Shown piece after piece: positions 15,371 to 24,439 of a stretch of 64,000 nt of DNA. The DNA comes from Klebsormidium nitens (lineage: Eukaryota > Plantae > Klebsormidiophyceae), in contig DF238762.1 in the NCBI GenBank assembly GCA_000708835.1, positions 62,001-126,000 on the forward strand, given 5' to 3'. Numbering within the stretch: position 1 is the first letter of the stretch; each line of letters starts with the position of its first letter. The notes under the pieces are model-generated. The model worked only from the letters and a program-made list of their open reading frames with translations. It did no database searches and was not told the origin of the DNA. The position numbers were made by a program, and so were the translations under genes.

Positions 15371-15449
15371 CAACTAGTAGGCAACCCTCCCTCTCTGCCT
15401 TATCTTTGAAAAAGAATATAGGGAGAGAAGGAGGGTTGCCTACTAGTTG
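15371..15449. repeat. 20-bp perfect inverted repeat between convergent atpE and trnM
   Basis: CAACTAGTAGGCAACCCTCC (15371-15390) vs GGAGGGTTGCCTACTAGTTG (15430-15449). Confidence 0.9.
15437..15445 (-). tRNA. trnM: tRNA-Met(CAU) elongator, exon 2 (9 nt TAGTAGGCA)
   Basis: Completes the T-stem and pairs with 5' GCCTACT to form the acceptor stem. Confidence 0.88.
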
Positions 15450-16024
15450 AGTAGAGCTCACTGTTTGAACTCTCTCATAGGATCCGCACGTGCACCTCTC
15501 GACGCATGCGGCTCGAGCACCGTTGTAGCAAAGTAAGATTGGTATAATTGATTCTTTCTTCATTTTAACAAGGCGCTTGAGCAATTAAGCTCTCTAAATC
15601 TATTATGAAAGCAATATACTTTCAGTTTGCTTGTTACTCGATCCTTTGCCCAACATGAAAGTATTGGGCTTACCCTGTCTTACTGATAACACACACCTTT
15701 GTTCTGGCTAGACTTTGCTCCGGCAGCCTTGCTTTTATAAAACTTTTCAGCTTTCAAAAACATATGGGGGTCATACATTGATCCAATCCTTGTATCCCAG
15801 ACTGCGGGCTTTAGCCCATTAAGATTGACAGCGATCCCTTTGTTCATTACGAAGCAATGATTGTCTAACCACTCCAAAGATTGCTGGATGGCTTTCATTG
15901 AAAGCCATTTCTTCCCGCTTCATACACGGCTCATTACTGTCTGCCGTCCTAGGAATTTTCCACGCTCTGACCCACAAGCGCCGGCTTTATTGACCGGATT
16001 GCTATCAGTAGTTTCAGGTCGCAC
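15446..16024 (-). other. Group IIA intron in trnM T-stem
   Basis: GTGCG...CTCTACTCAAC, domain V plus 15481-15514, bulged A at -7, EBS1 TTGGAT (plus 15781-15786) pairs with exon end ATCCAA. Confidence 0.9.
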
Positions 16025-16088
16025 TTGGATTTGAACCAATGACTCTTGCCTTATGAGAGCAACACTCTAACCACTGAGTTAAGTAGGC
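16025..16088 (-). tRNA. trnM: tRNA-Met(CAU) elongator, exon 1 (64 nt)
   Basis: GCCTACTTAACTCAGTGGTTAGAG...TTGCT-CTCATAA-GGCAA...GGTTCAAATCCAA. Confidence 0.92.
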
Positions 16089-16220
16089 ATATCCTTATGA
16101 TACTTTATTGAAAAAATAGCTTTAATATAAAAAAAGTAAAATACAAGAATGATTGATTGAAACGTCAAACTGGGGATGGTCTTCTAACCCAAAACTTGCA
16201 ATAGATTCATAAATTGTTCA

Positions 16221-16988
16221 ATGATAACAACAGATTGGCATGAAGAACTAAGAGCTCTTACAAAAGCCGGCGCTCATTATGGGCACCCAACAAGCCGATG
16301 GAATCCTAAAATGCACCCTTATATCTTTCGGCAAAAAAAAGGTATCCATGTTATTGATTTGGTCCAAACTGTACGTCTTCTTTCCGAAGCATGTCAATTT
16401 TTAACAGTTGCAGCAAGTAAGGGAAAGCAATTCTTATGGATTGGTACTAAGAAACAAGCTTCAAAAGCTGTCATGGAACATGCTAAAAATGCGAAATGCC
16501 ATTTTGTAAACAAAAAATGGCTCGGTGGAATGCTTACAAATTGGCCAACTGTTCGTAGACGAATTTGGAAACTCCAAGGTCTTGAAGCACGTGAAAGAAA
16601 TGGTTATATGGAGCTTCTTCCTAAAAAAGAAGCCTCAATGAAAAGAAAACAACTGGCTCGTTTACGCAAATATTTGGGAGGAATGCGGCACATGACCCGA
16701 TTACCAGATGTTGTTGTGTTAATCGGTCAAAAAGAAGAAATTACCGCATTGCAAGAGTGTGCCAAACTTGGTATTCCAACTGTATGCATTGTCGATACTG
16801 ATTGTAATCCAGACCTGGCTTATATCCCTATTCCTGCAAATGATGATTCAACAGCGTCGATTGGTTGTATTTCAGAACGGTTAGCTGGAGCAATTCGTAG
16901 GGGATATTTCTTGCGTAATGGAAAAAGAACCCGATCACAAGCTAGGATGAAGCACAATAAGGATCCACTTGTCGAAGTGGCAATATAA
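16221..16988 (+). CDS. rps2: 30S ribosomal protein S2
   Basis: GAHYGH...WNPKM, KWLGGMLTNW, IPANDDS. Confidence 0.96.
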   Translation: MITTDWHEELRALTKAGAHYGHPTSRWNPKMHPYIFRQKKGIHVIDLVQTVRLLSEACQFLTVAASKGKQFLWIGTKKQASKAVMEHAKNAKCHFVNKKWLGGMLTNWPTVRRRIWKLQGLEARERNGYMELLPKKEASMKRKQLARLRKYLGGMRHMTRLPDVVVLIGQKEEITALQECAKLGIPTVCIVDTDCNPDLAYIPIPANDDSTASIGCISERLAGAIRRGYFLRNGKRTRSQARMKHNKDPLVEVAI

Positions 16989-17083
16989 CAACTATTAACG
17001 CACGTAGATAATACGTTCACATAGCCTGGAGTAGGTAAAGTCCTGCTCTTTTCATTTATTCTTAGCCGACTATAAAACCAACT

Positions 17084-17833
17084 ATGAGTATTTATTCTGG
17101 TCTATTTGTGGCATCACTAACCCCCGCTTTCCAGCTTGCTAGTGTGGAAGTTGGACAACATTGGTATTGGCAGCTTGGGCAGTTCCAAGTTCATGCCCAA
17201 GTTTTGATCACATCTTGGGTTGTTGCTGCGCTTCTTTTAGGATTAGCAGTTTGGGGGACACGTAGCCTTAAAGCTGTGCCACAAGGGGGACAAGGCTTGG
17301 TAGAATACGTACTTGAGTTTATACGTGACTTGACTCGGACTCAGATTGGTGAAGAAGAATATCGACCTTGGGTACCTTTTATTGGCACTTTATTTTTGTT
17401 TATTTTTGTATCAAATTGGTCAGGGGCCCTTGTACCTTGGAAAGTTATTGAATTACCCAATGGAGAGCTTGCCGCTCCCACAAACGATATTAATACTACT
17501 GTGGCTCTTGCATTACTAACTTCTGTGGCTTATTTTTATGCTGGTCTTCATAAAAGAGGTCTAAGCTATTTTGGTAAGTACGTTCAGCCTACCCCTGTGT
17601 TATTACCAATTAATATTCTTGAAGATTTTACTAAACCTCTGTCGTTAAGTTTCCGACTTTTTGGAAACATTCTAGCTGACGAACTTGTCGTTGCTGTACT
17701 TGTTTCATTAGTCCCTCTTGTAGTACCTATTCCAATGATGTTTCTAGGCCTTTTTACTAGTGGCATTCAAGCTCTTATTTTCGCCACACTCGCTGCTGCT
17801 TATATCGGAGAATCAATGGAAGGACATCACTAA
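17084..17833 (+). CDS. atpI: ATP synthase CF0 subunit IV (a)
   Basis: [18 protein letters not shown]. Confidence 0.98.
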   Translation: MSIYSGLFVASLTPAFQLASVEVGQHWYWQLGQFQVHAQVLITSWVVAALLLGLAVWGTRSLKAVPQGGQGLVEYVLEFIRDLTRTQIGEEEYRPWVPFIGTLFLFIFVSNWSGALVPWKVIELPNGELAAPTNDINTTVALALLTSVAYFYAGLHKRGLSYFGKYVQPTPVLLPINILEDFTKPLSLSFRLFGNILADELVVAVLVSLVPLVVPIPMMFLGLFTSGIQALIFATLAAAYIGESMEGHH

Positions 17834-17930
17834 AGGATAGGACCACTCTTCAAATAAAAAAAATGCTTTAAAGAGGGAACGGGGCACTAGTCCCAGTGCC
17901 CCGAGCCCTTGGGATATACTTGTGCTTTTT

Positions 17931-18035
17931 TTATAGGTTGCCCTTTCGTGTCGCCAAAACAGCAATAACTAAGGGGCCTGATAAAACAATTAATGCAAGA
18001 ACAACCAATTGAGCGATGACTTCAAAATTTATCAT
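17931..18035 (-). CDS. psb30: PSII Psb30 (Ycf12)
   Basis: [34 protein letters not shown]. Confidence 0.95.
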   Translation of the reverse strand: MINFEVIAQLVVLALIVLSGPLVIAVLATRKGNL

Positions 18036-18237
18036 GATTTGCTACACTCCTCTTGCAACAGGTAAAATCTATGGGGTCGAATTGTAAGGACATTTGCTAG
18101 TATACCTATGCACCTATTCTTAGCAAGATAATTATAATAAAAGCGGGTCAAATATTATTACACAGTTTGTACATATATAAGACCTATTTTTTCTCTACAT
18201 AGATAAGTAATATAGGCCAACGCTTTAGCAAAAACTT

Positions 18238-18330
18238 ATGCTCTCTGAATTACAAATTTTTGGTGCACTTCTTGCGGCATTGCCTGTTGGAGCCTTAGCA
18301 CTCGCTTTAGGTAAAGCGCTATACCGCTAA
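18238..18330 (+). CDS. psaM: PSI subunit XII
   Basis: MLSELQIFGALLAALPVGALALALGKALYR*. Confidence 0.85.
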   Translation: MLSELQIFGALLAALPVGALALALGKALYR

Positions 18331-18395
18331 ACAACAAATTTGCCACCAGCCCCAAAAAGCCCCCCAATTGTGGTATAGTGGGGCTGGGAGGCTGA

Positions 18396-18483
18396 GGAGA
18401 GGTGGCTGAGTGGCCGATAGCGATAGATTGCTAATCTGTTGTACGCCCTAGGTGTACCGAGGGTTCGAATCCCTCCCTCTCCA
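18396..18483 (+). tRNA. trnS: tRNA-Ser(GCU)
   Basis: Anticodon loop TTGCTAA, long variable arm. Confidence 0.94.
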
Positions 18484-18503
18484 TTTTTTGAAAGAGTTGT
18501 ATA

Positions 18504-18629
<126 letters not shown>

Positions 18630-18762
18630 TCATATATGGTGAGAGCCGTGGAATCCACGTCGTATGGGAGCCAGACTCCTCCGCCAGCGCTATTCTACAC
18701 TATAGCGTATTCTCAAAAAAAAGTTTTCACTGTTCTTTCTCAAGAAAAATTCACGTAAGCAC

Positions 18763-18846
18763 TGGAGAAAGAGGGATTCGAACCCCCGTTAGTAAAACTA
18801 AAACGATTTTCGAAACCGTCGCAATTGACCACTCTGCCATTTCTCC
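18763..18846 (-). tRNA. trnS: tRNA-Ser(CGA)
   Basis: ACGGT-TTCGAAA-ATCGT anticodon arm, serine-type scaffold. Confidence 0.88.
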
Positions 18847-18898
18847 TATGTATTTTTATGGGCCTGCAACCAATGGCAGGCCCCGCTATCCCGCCTAG

Positions 18899-19084
18899 CT
18901 AGCGGAAGCTAACAGAGGCTTGCCACACAAAAGCTAGCAACAAGAAAAGAACAGGAATGACTGGTAAAACATCTACAATAGGATCAAAAATAGCATAGGC
19001 TTCTGGTAGCTTGCCTAGAAAGAGAATTGCTTCTCCAGTTGGGCGGGCCAAGATGCTACAGAAGATTGAAATAAGAGTTGGCAT
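18899..19084 (-). CDS. psbK: PSII protein K
   Basis: [20 protein letters not shown]...WQASVSFR. Confidence 0.97.
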   Translation of the reverse strand: MPTLISIFCSILARPTGEAILFLGKLPEAYAIFDPIVDVLPVIPVLFLLLAFVWQASVSFR

Positions 19085-19318
19085 GAGGCATCCTCCAAGT
19101 CTAGGATCAGCTCCTGGTGAGAGCTATTGAGTTCTACTGTATTCAAATAAGCTAAGAGTTTCTCACCAGTGGCTTCTTTATGGTACACCAGCCTACCCTA
19201 AGTAGAAAAGCAATCTTATGTTTAACGATGCTTACTTGACAGAGTCTAACCCTTAAGGTAGCATATAAATACTCAAAACCTAGTACATCTGATAGCTTTA
19301 ACATTTTGTTTAAAAACA

Positions 19319-19390
19319 TGGGGCGTGGCCAAGTGGCAAGGCAGCGGGTTTTGGCTCCGCTATTCGGAGGTTCGAGTCCTTCCGCCCCAG
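19319..19390 (+). tRNA. trnQ: tRNA-Gln(UUG)
   Basis: TGGGCGTGGCCAAG..., anticodon loop TTTTGGC. Confidence 0.94.
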
Positions 19391-19539
19391 GCTCATACTC
19401 TTAGTCTGAGCGTTAGGCTTGTTGATCTTTGTAAAATATATAGATATAATTCAGTTTTGAAATTTTTAGAAGAAAACTTTTAGAAGAGTTGATTGACTGT
19501 CCGATTCAATTGTTTTTTAGTATCATAAGTTCATTGGAT

Positions 19540-19936
19540 CTGCTAACATTAACCGATGAGAGGTCGAAGTTTGTTTCAATAAAAAAGCAAGTTTGACTAT
19601 AAAATATAGGAAGTTCCTTTTTTTATTTATATAGATTTTAGGATAAACTTGAGAGCTTCATTAACTTTTGTTTTATAAAGTATAGGGTTTTTTCTTTTCT
19701 GGGAATTGAATTTTAGTTTTGGAATAAAATTTTTTTAAAGTGTTTAGATTTTTTTTAATAAAAAAGTTTGTTTTCAGGTCTTATTCATTGGAATATTACT
19801 TTCGTTTAGGTTTGTTTCGCTTTTGTAGCAAACAAAGTTTATATTCCTCTTCATTTGGAGCCTTATGAGGTTAATTTCTCACGTTAGGTTCTTAAGCTAC
19901 TTAGGTCACAGTTCAAAAAACGGCCAAGTTTCTATC
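19540..19936 (+). other. 3' half of trans-spliced group II intron of rps12 (start approximate)
   Basis: Domain V GAGCCTTATGAG...CACGTTAGGTTC 19858-19891, domain VI ending TTTCTATC. Confidence 0.85.
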
Positions 19937-20194
19937 ACAACTACGCCTAAAAAACCAAATTCTGCCCTCCGTAAGGTGGCAAGAGTTCGCTTAAGTTCAA
20001 AATTTGAAGTCACTGCATATATACCAGGAATTGCACACACTCTGCAAGAACATTCGGTAGTGCTAGTCAGAGGAGGGCGAGTAAAAGATCTTCCTGGAGT
20101 GCGATATCACATCGTTCGTGGCGCTCTTGACACTGCTGCAGTAAGAGATCGCCAGAGAGCCCGCTCGAAATATGGGGTTAAGCGACCTAAGTAA
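19937..20194 (+). CDS. rps12: 30S ribosomal protein S12, exon 2
   Basis: [17 protein letters not shown]...GVKRPK*; 38+85 = 123 aa. Confidence 0.95.
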   Translation, partial: TTTPKKPNSALRKVARVRLSSKFEVTAYIPGIAHTLQEHSVVLVRGGRVKDLPGVRYHIVRGALDTAAVRDRQRARSKYGVKRPK

Positions 20195-20292
20195 AAAACC
20201 ACTAAGCTTGATCTATTCAACTAACGTACCCAATAACAGACTATGGCCCTTCTCTAACTCAAGCAAGGGCTCTTGTAAAATAAGGATTGTAT

Positions 20293-20763
20293 ATGTCTCG
20301 TCGCAAGCGTGCTGCTAAGCGTCCACTAAGGCAAGAAATTGTGTATCGAAGTCGATTGGCTTCTATGATTGTAAGCCGTATTCTTAAGAATGGAAAAAAA
20401 TCTTTAGCTTCACGTCTTTTCTATCAAGCAATGGGAAAGGTTAGGGTAAAGGTTAAAAAAGATCCCTTGTCAATACTCAATCAAGCTGTTTTGCATACAA
20501 CTCCCCGAGTTGTATTGAAAGCTCGCCGCATTGGAGGATCAACTTACCAAGTCCCTTTGCAAGTCAATCCGGAGAGAGGCCATGCTCTTGCGATTCGATG
20601 GCTATTAAATGCTTCTCGCAAGCGTCCAGGACGGGACATGGGTTCCAAGTTAGCGAATGAAATTTTAGATGCTTCAAAACGAATTGGAAATGCAATTCGC
20701 AAAAGAGAGGAAGTTCACAGGATGGCAGAAGCAAATAAAGCGTATGCCCATTTACGTTTTTAA
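20293..20763 (+). CDS. rps7: 30S ribosomal protein S7
   Basis: MSRRKRA...RRIGGSTYQVP...MAEANKA. Confidence 0.96.
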   Translation: MSRRKRAAKRPLRQEIVYRSRLASMIVSRILKNGKKSLASRLFYQAMGKVRVKVKKDPLSILNQAVLHTTPRVVLKARRIGGSTYQVPLQVNPERGHALAIRWLLNASRKRPGRDMGSKLANEILDASKRIGNAIRKREEVHRMAEANKAYAHLRF

Positions 20764-20818
20764 GTTGCTAGGACAAAATAGGGCTTGACTCAATCTTAAG
20801 CGAAGGAAGGAGAATTCC

Positions 20819-22327
20819 ATGCTACAGTTTGCCCCGATTGTGCCTGAAGCAATCTTAACAATTTCGTTAATATGTGTCTGTTTTGCTGACCTTTTTCAAA
20901 CAAAGAAAGTTTTTTATAAAAAAGGATGGGAGACAATTTGGATTGCTGCTTTAGGCCTTTTATTATCAATCATTGCTCTTGTGTGGCGATTGCCTCAGCC
21001 TCCGAGTTTAATACTTGGAGGGGCTTTTGCTGAAGATAGTTTGGGAATTGCTTTTCGTCTCATAATTGCAATGGGTTCTTTCATATGTATTTTCTTATGC
21101 TTAGATTATTTTCAAATGGGAGGTACACCTGCCGCAGAATTCACAATTTTTGTGTTGGCCTCAACTATAGGCGGTATGCTTTTATCAGGATCAAATGATC
21201 TTGTACTTGCTTTTGTAGCATTTGAATGTTTAAGTTTAAATTCTTACTTACTCGCAGGGTACACGAGAAAAGACCTTCGCTCACAAGAATCGGCTGCAAA
21301 ATATTTAATTCTTGGAAGTGCGAGTTCGTGTGCTCTTGCTTATGGATTTTCATGGCTTTATGGGCTTGGAGGAGGAAGCACAAGTTTTCAAGAGATAGGC
21401 TTTGCTTTGAACCAATATCCGTCAGTTCCTTTTGCGACTTGGATTGCTTTTTTACTCGTGTTTTTTGGAATAGGTTTCAAATTATCTGCAGCTCCTTTTC
21501 ATCAATGGGCACCTGATGTATACGAAGGATCTCCTACCCCTAGTGCTGCTTTCTTATCTGTAAGCTCAAAGGCTGCAGGCCTAGCTATTGCAGCAAGACT
21601 TTTATGGGTTGTGTTTTCGTCTTTACAACCTCAGGCAGGGCAAATAGTGCAATTACTAGCTATACTTAGCATGTTAGTAGGCAATCTTATAGCTGCATCC
21701 CAATCCCATATGAAAAGGATGCTTGCATATTCTTCTATTGGCCAAATTGGATATTTGTTACTTGCTTTGTCTCTTGAGCATGGTCAAGGACAAAGCAGTT
21801 TGATGCTTTATCTTGGCACTTACGTTTTTATGAATATGGGTGCCTTTGCTTGTACAATTTTACTTAGTTTACAAATAGGCACTGACTCAATTCGAAGTTA
21901 TGCAGGTCTTTTTCAAACAAAACCGTGGATTTGTGGTTGTTTAAGCCTTTGCCTTCTCTCTCTGGCAGGTTTACCCCCTTTAGTTGGATTTTTTGGCAAA
22001 ACCTATCTTTTTTGGGCTGCATGGCAAGGACAACTTTATATTCCTACAATAATAGGAGTGTTCACTAGCGCTTTATCTCTTTATTATTATCTTCGCGTAA
22101 TACGAATTATGTTTACAAGAGAAGCTAAAGGGACCTTAAGTTGGCAACAAATTGCTCTACCTGCACACAAAGAAATAAGTTTTTCTTTAGAAAAAAAAGA
22201 CACACCACCCTTGCTAACTCTGACTCTTGTGTTGTGTGCGAGTACTGTTAGTCTTTTTAGTTTCGTAATTGGTCCACTCACAAGTATTGTTAACGACTTA
22301 TCATTCTTTTATAATGACGGGTTCTAA
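20819..22327 (+). CDS. ndhB: NDH subunit 2, intronless
   Basis: FKLSAAPFHQWAPDVYEGSPTP, KRMLAYSSIGQIGY. Confidence 0.95.
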   Translation: MLQFAPIVPEAILTISLICVCFADLFQTKKVFYKKGWETIWIAALGLLLSIIALVWRLPQPPSLILGGAFAEDSLGIAFRLIIAMGSFICIFLCLDYFQMGGTPAAEFTIFVLASTIGGMLLSGSNDLVLAFVAFECLSLNSYLLAGYTRKDLRSQESAAKYLILGSASSCALAYGFSWLYGLGGGSTSFQEIGFALNQYPSVPFATWIAFLLVFFGIGFKLSAAPFHQWAPDVYEGSPTPSAAFLSVSSKAAGLAIAARLLWVVFSSLQPQAGQIVQLLAILSMLVGNLIAASQSHMKRMLAYSSIGQIGYLLLALSLEHGQGQSSLMLYLGTYVFMNMGAFACTILLSLQIGTDSIRSYAGLFQTKPWICGCLSLCLLSLAGLPPLVGFFGKTYLFWAAWQGQLYIPTIIGVFTSALSLYYYLRVIRIMFTREAKGTLSWQQIALPAHKEISFSLEKKDTPPLLTLTLVLCASTVSLFSFVIGPLTSIVNDLSFFYNDGF

Positions 22328-22713
22328 AAAAACGTTATCATATGAATAGTAAAAAAATTTGTTTTTTTGAGAGAATGTTTGAAAAATTGTGATTTTTTAA
22401 ACGATACAGAAAAATTTAAGCTAAAAGATTAAGTTTTGCTCATGAGCTGGAAATGAGGCAAAGTTGAGATGGTAAAGCTTTGTTTTGCTTTCCATTTCTA
22501 CTCTGTTTCCAGCTCTTTGTTTTCATTTCCAATTGTTTAAAAAAATGTCTAACTTAAAAACAATAATAGTTAAAGACGATTAAAAAAAAATAAAAATTAC
22601 TAATGCGCAATTGTACAATAGCTTAGTTTTTTATTAATGAAAATATTTTATTAGTTTTGATTTGAAAAGATTATTTTTGTTTTAAAATACGTAAAAGATT
22701 TTGTATTTGAATT

Positions 22714-22797
22714 TGCCGCTGGCCGGACTCGAACCGGCACGGATGTTCTCCTCAGGCCCCTCATGCCTGCGTGTCTACCAAGTTCCACCACAGCGGC
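22714..22797 (-). tRNA. trnL: tRNA-Leu(GAG)
   Basis: CAGGC-ATGAGGG-GCCTG anticodon arm, perfect acceptor and T stems. Confidence 0.85.
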
Positions 22798-22913
22798 GGT
22801 TTTTAAGAATCAAATAAGTTCAATTTCAATTTATATGAAAATATCTTTATAAATCTGTTCGGGGGACGTAGCCCCCGTCGTTTTAAAAAATGAAACTTTT
22901 CAATTTACTTTGG

Positions 22914-23018
22914 TTATCCTTCCTGGCTTGCAGTTTGAACATATAAAATCAAAAGAAAAGCAGTAGGAATAAGTATAAACAGTGCAGTAGCAATGAAAGC
23001 CAAGATATTCACTTCCAT
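22914..23018 (-). CDS. psbM: PSII protein M
   Basis: [34 protein letters not shown]. Confidence 0.96.
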
Positions 23019-23241
23019 GGTTCAATGGCTCCGATAGTGATAAAGTGGGCCTGCCCAATGAGGCCTCTTTAAGAAGCAAGCTCTTACATAAGCTTGTGGC
23101 TCATTTGAAATGAGGAGCTTTGGACCCAGGCCTGCTCCTATGCAGAGAAGCAGGGGGCATTCTATCACATCTTATACTTGAAACTTCCTATTGTAATCTG
23201 TCAAAATCTATTTCATTTGTATTAATGCATATGCTTTATTT

Positions 23242-23321
23242 TGCCTTGGAGAGGAATCGAACCTCCACGCCTGAGGCACCAGATTTTGAGTCTAGCGTGT
23301 CTACCATTTCACCACCAAGGC
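23242..23321 (-). tRNA. trnL: tRNA-Leu(CAA)
   Basis: CTAGA-CTCAAAA-TCTGG anticodon arm. Confidence 0.93.
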
Positions 23322-23379
23322 AATCATATCAATATCATAACGCTATTATTATTATCCTTACTTGTTACTAAACAATTTT

Positions 23380-23892
<513 letters not shown>

Positions 23893-24077
23893 TTATGTTA
23901 AGTATTTTCAAAGGGCAATTCACTAACCTTTACTAAATCTTTTTAAGTTGAAACAAACCATTTCTATTTTACAAGCCTGGCAAGCTAACAACAAGCAAGT
24001 AGGTACAAGTTAAAAGGGGAGTATACGGCAAAAACTTTATCCTTTTGGATTGAAAAAAGAAAAGGTTAAGATAATAT

Positions 24078-24182
24078 TGGGGCTTAGCAAGCTTTGAAAC
24101 CAACTAAAGCGCGCACCGTGCGAGAACAAATGGTGGCAGCACAGCAAGATCGCTGAAGTAGGAAGCATGGTAGCTAGCCCCA
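24078..24182 (+). ncRNA. ffs: Plastid SRP RNA (4.5S-like)
   Basis: Terminal stem TGGGGCT/AGCCCCA; apical GTGC-GAGA-AC-AAATG-GT-GGCA-GCAC keeps the A.C and G.G symmetric-loop pairs; sits between petN and trnC, the known ffs locus in streptophytes. Confidence 0.72.
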
Positions 24183-24201
24183 CTTGCTCTTTGAATTTTG
24201 T

Positions 24202-24273
24202 AGGCGGCACCCAGATTCGAACTGGGGAATAAAGGATTTGCAATCCATTGCCTTACCACTTGACGATGCCGCC
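24202..24273 (-). tRNA. trnC: tRNA-Cys(GCA)
   Basis: GGCGGCATCG..., anticodon loop TTGCAAA. Confidence 0.94.
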
Positions 24274-24439
24274 TTTGTTTAAAGAGTATACACGAAAAAG
24301 CCGAGTTGAGTTTATAACAGAAAAAAAAATAAGATGAATTATTCAAAAATTGAATATTTAAACTATTAACAAAATAATAAAAATGAATCAGTTTTTGAAT
24401 TTCTTTTTTATAACATAAGATTTATTTGTTTAATGCACC

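Noticed and set aside
15680-15898. 72-aa ORF inside the trnM intron
   Set aside because: Too short and lacks RT/X motifs; not a maturase.
18643-18672. GAGCCGTGG...CCACGT, a domain V-like motif between psbI and trnS(CGA)
   Set aside because: The lower stem does not close, and the 148-nt spacer cannot hold an intron.
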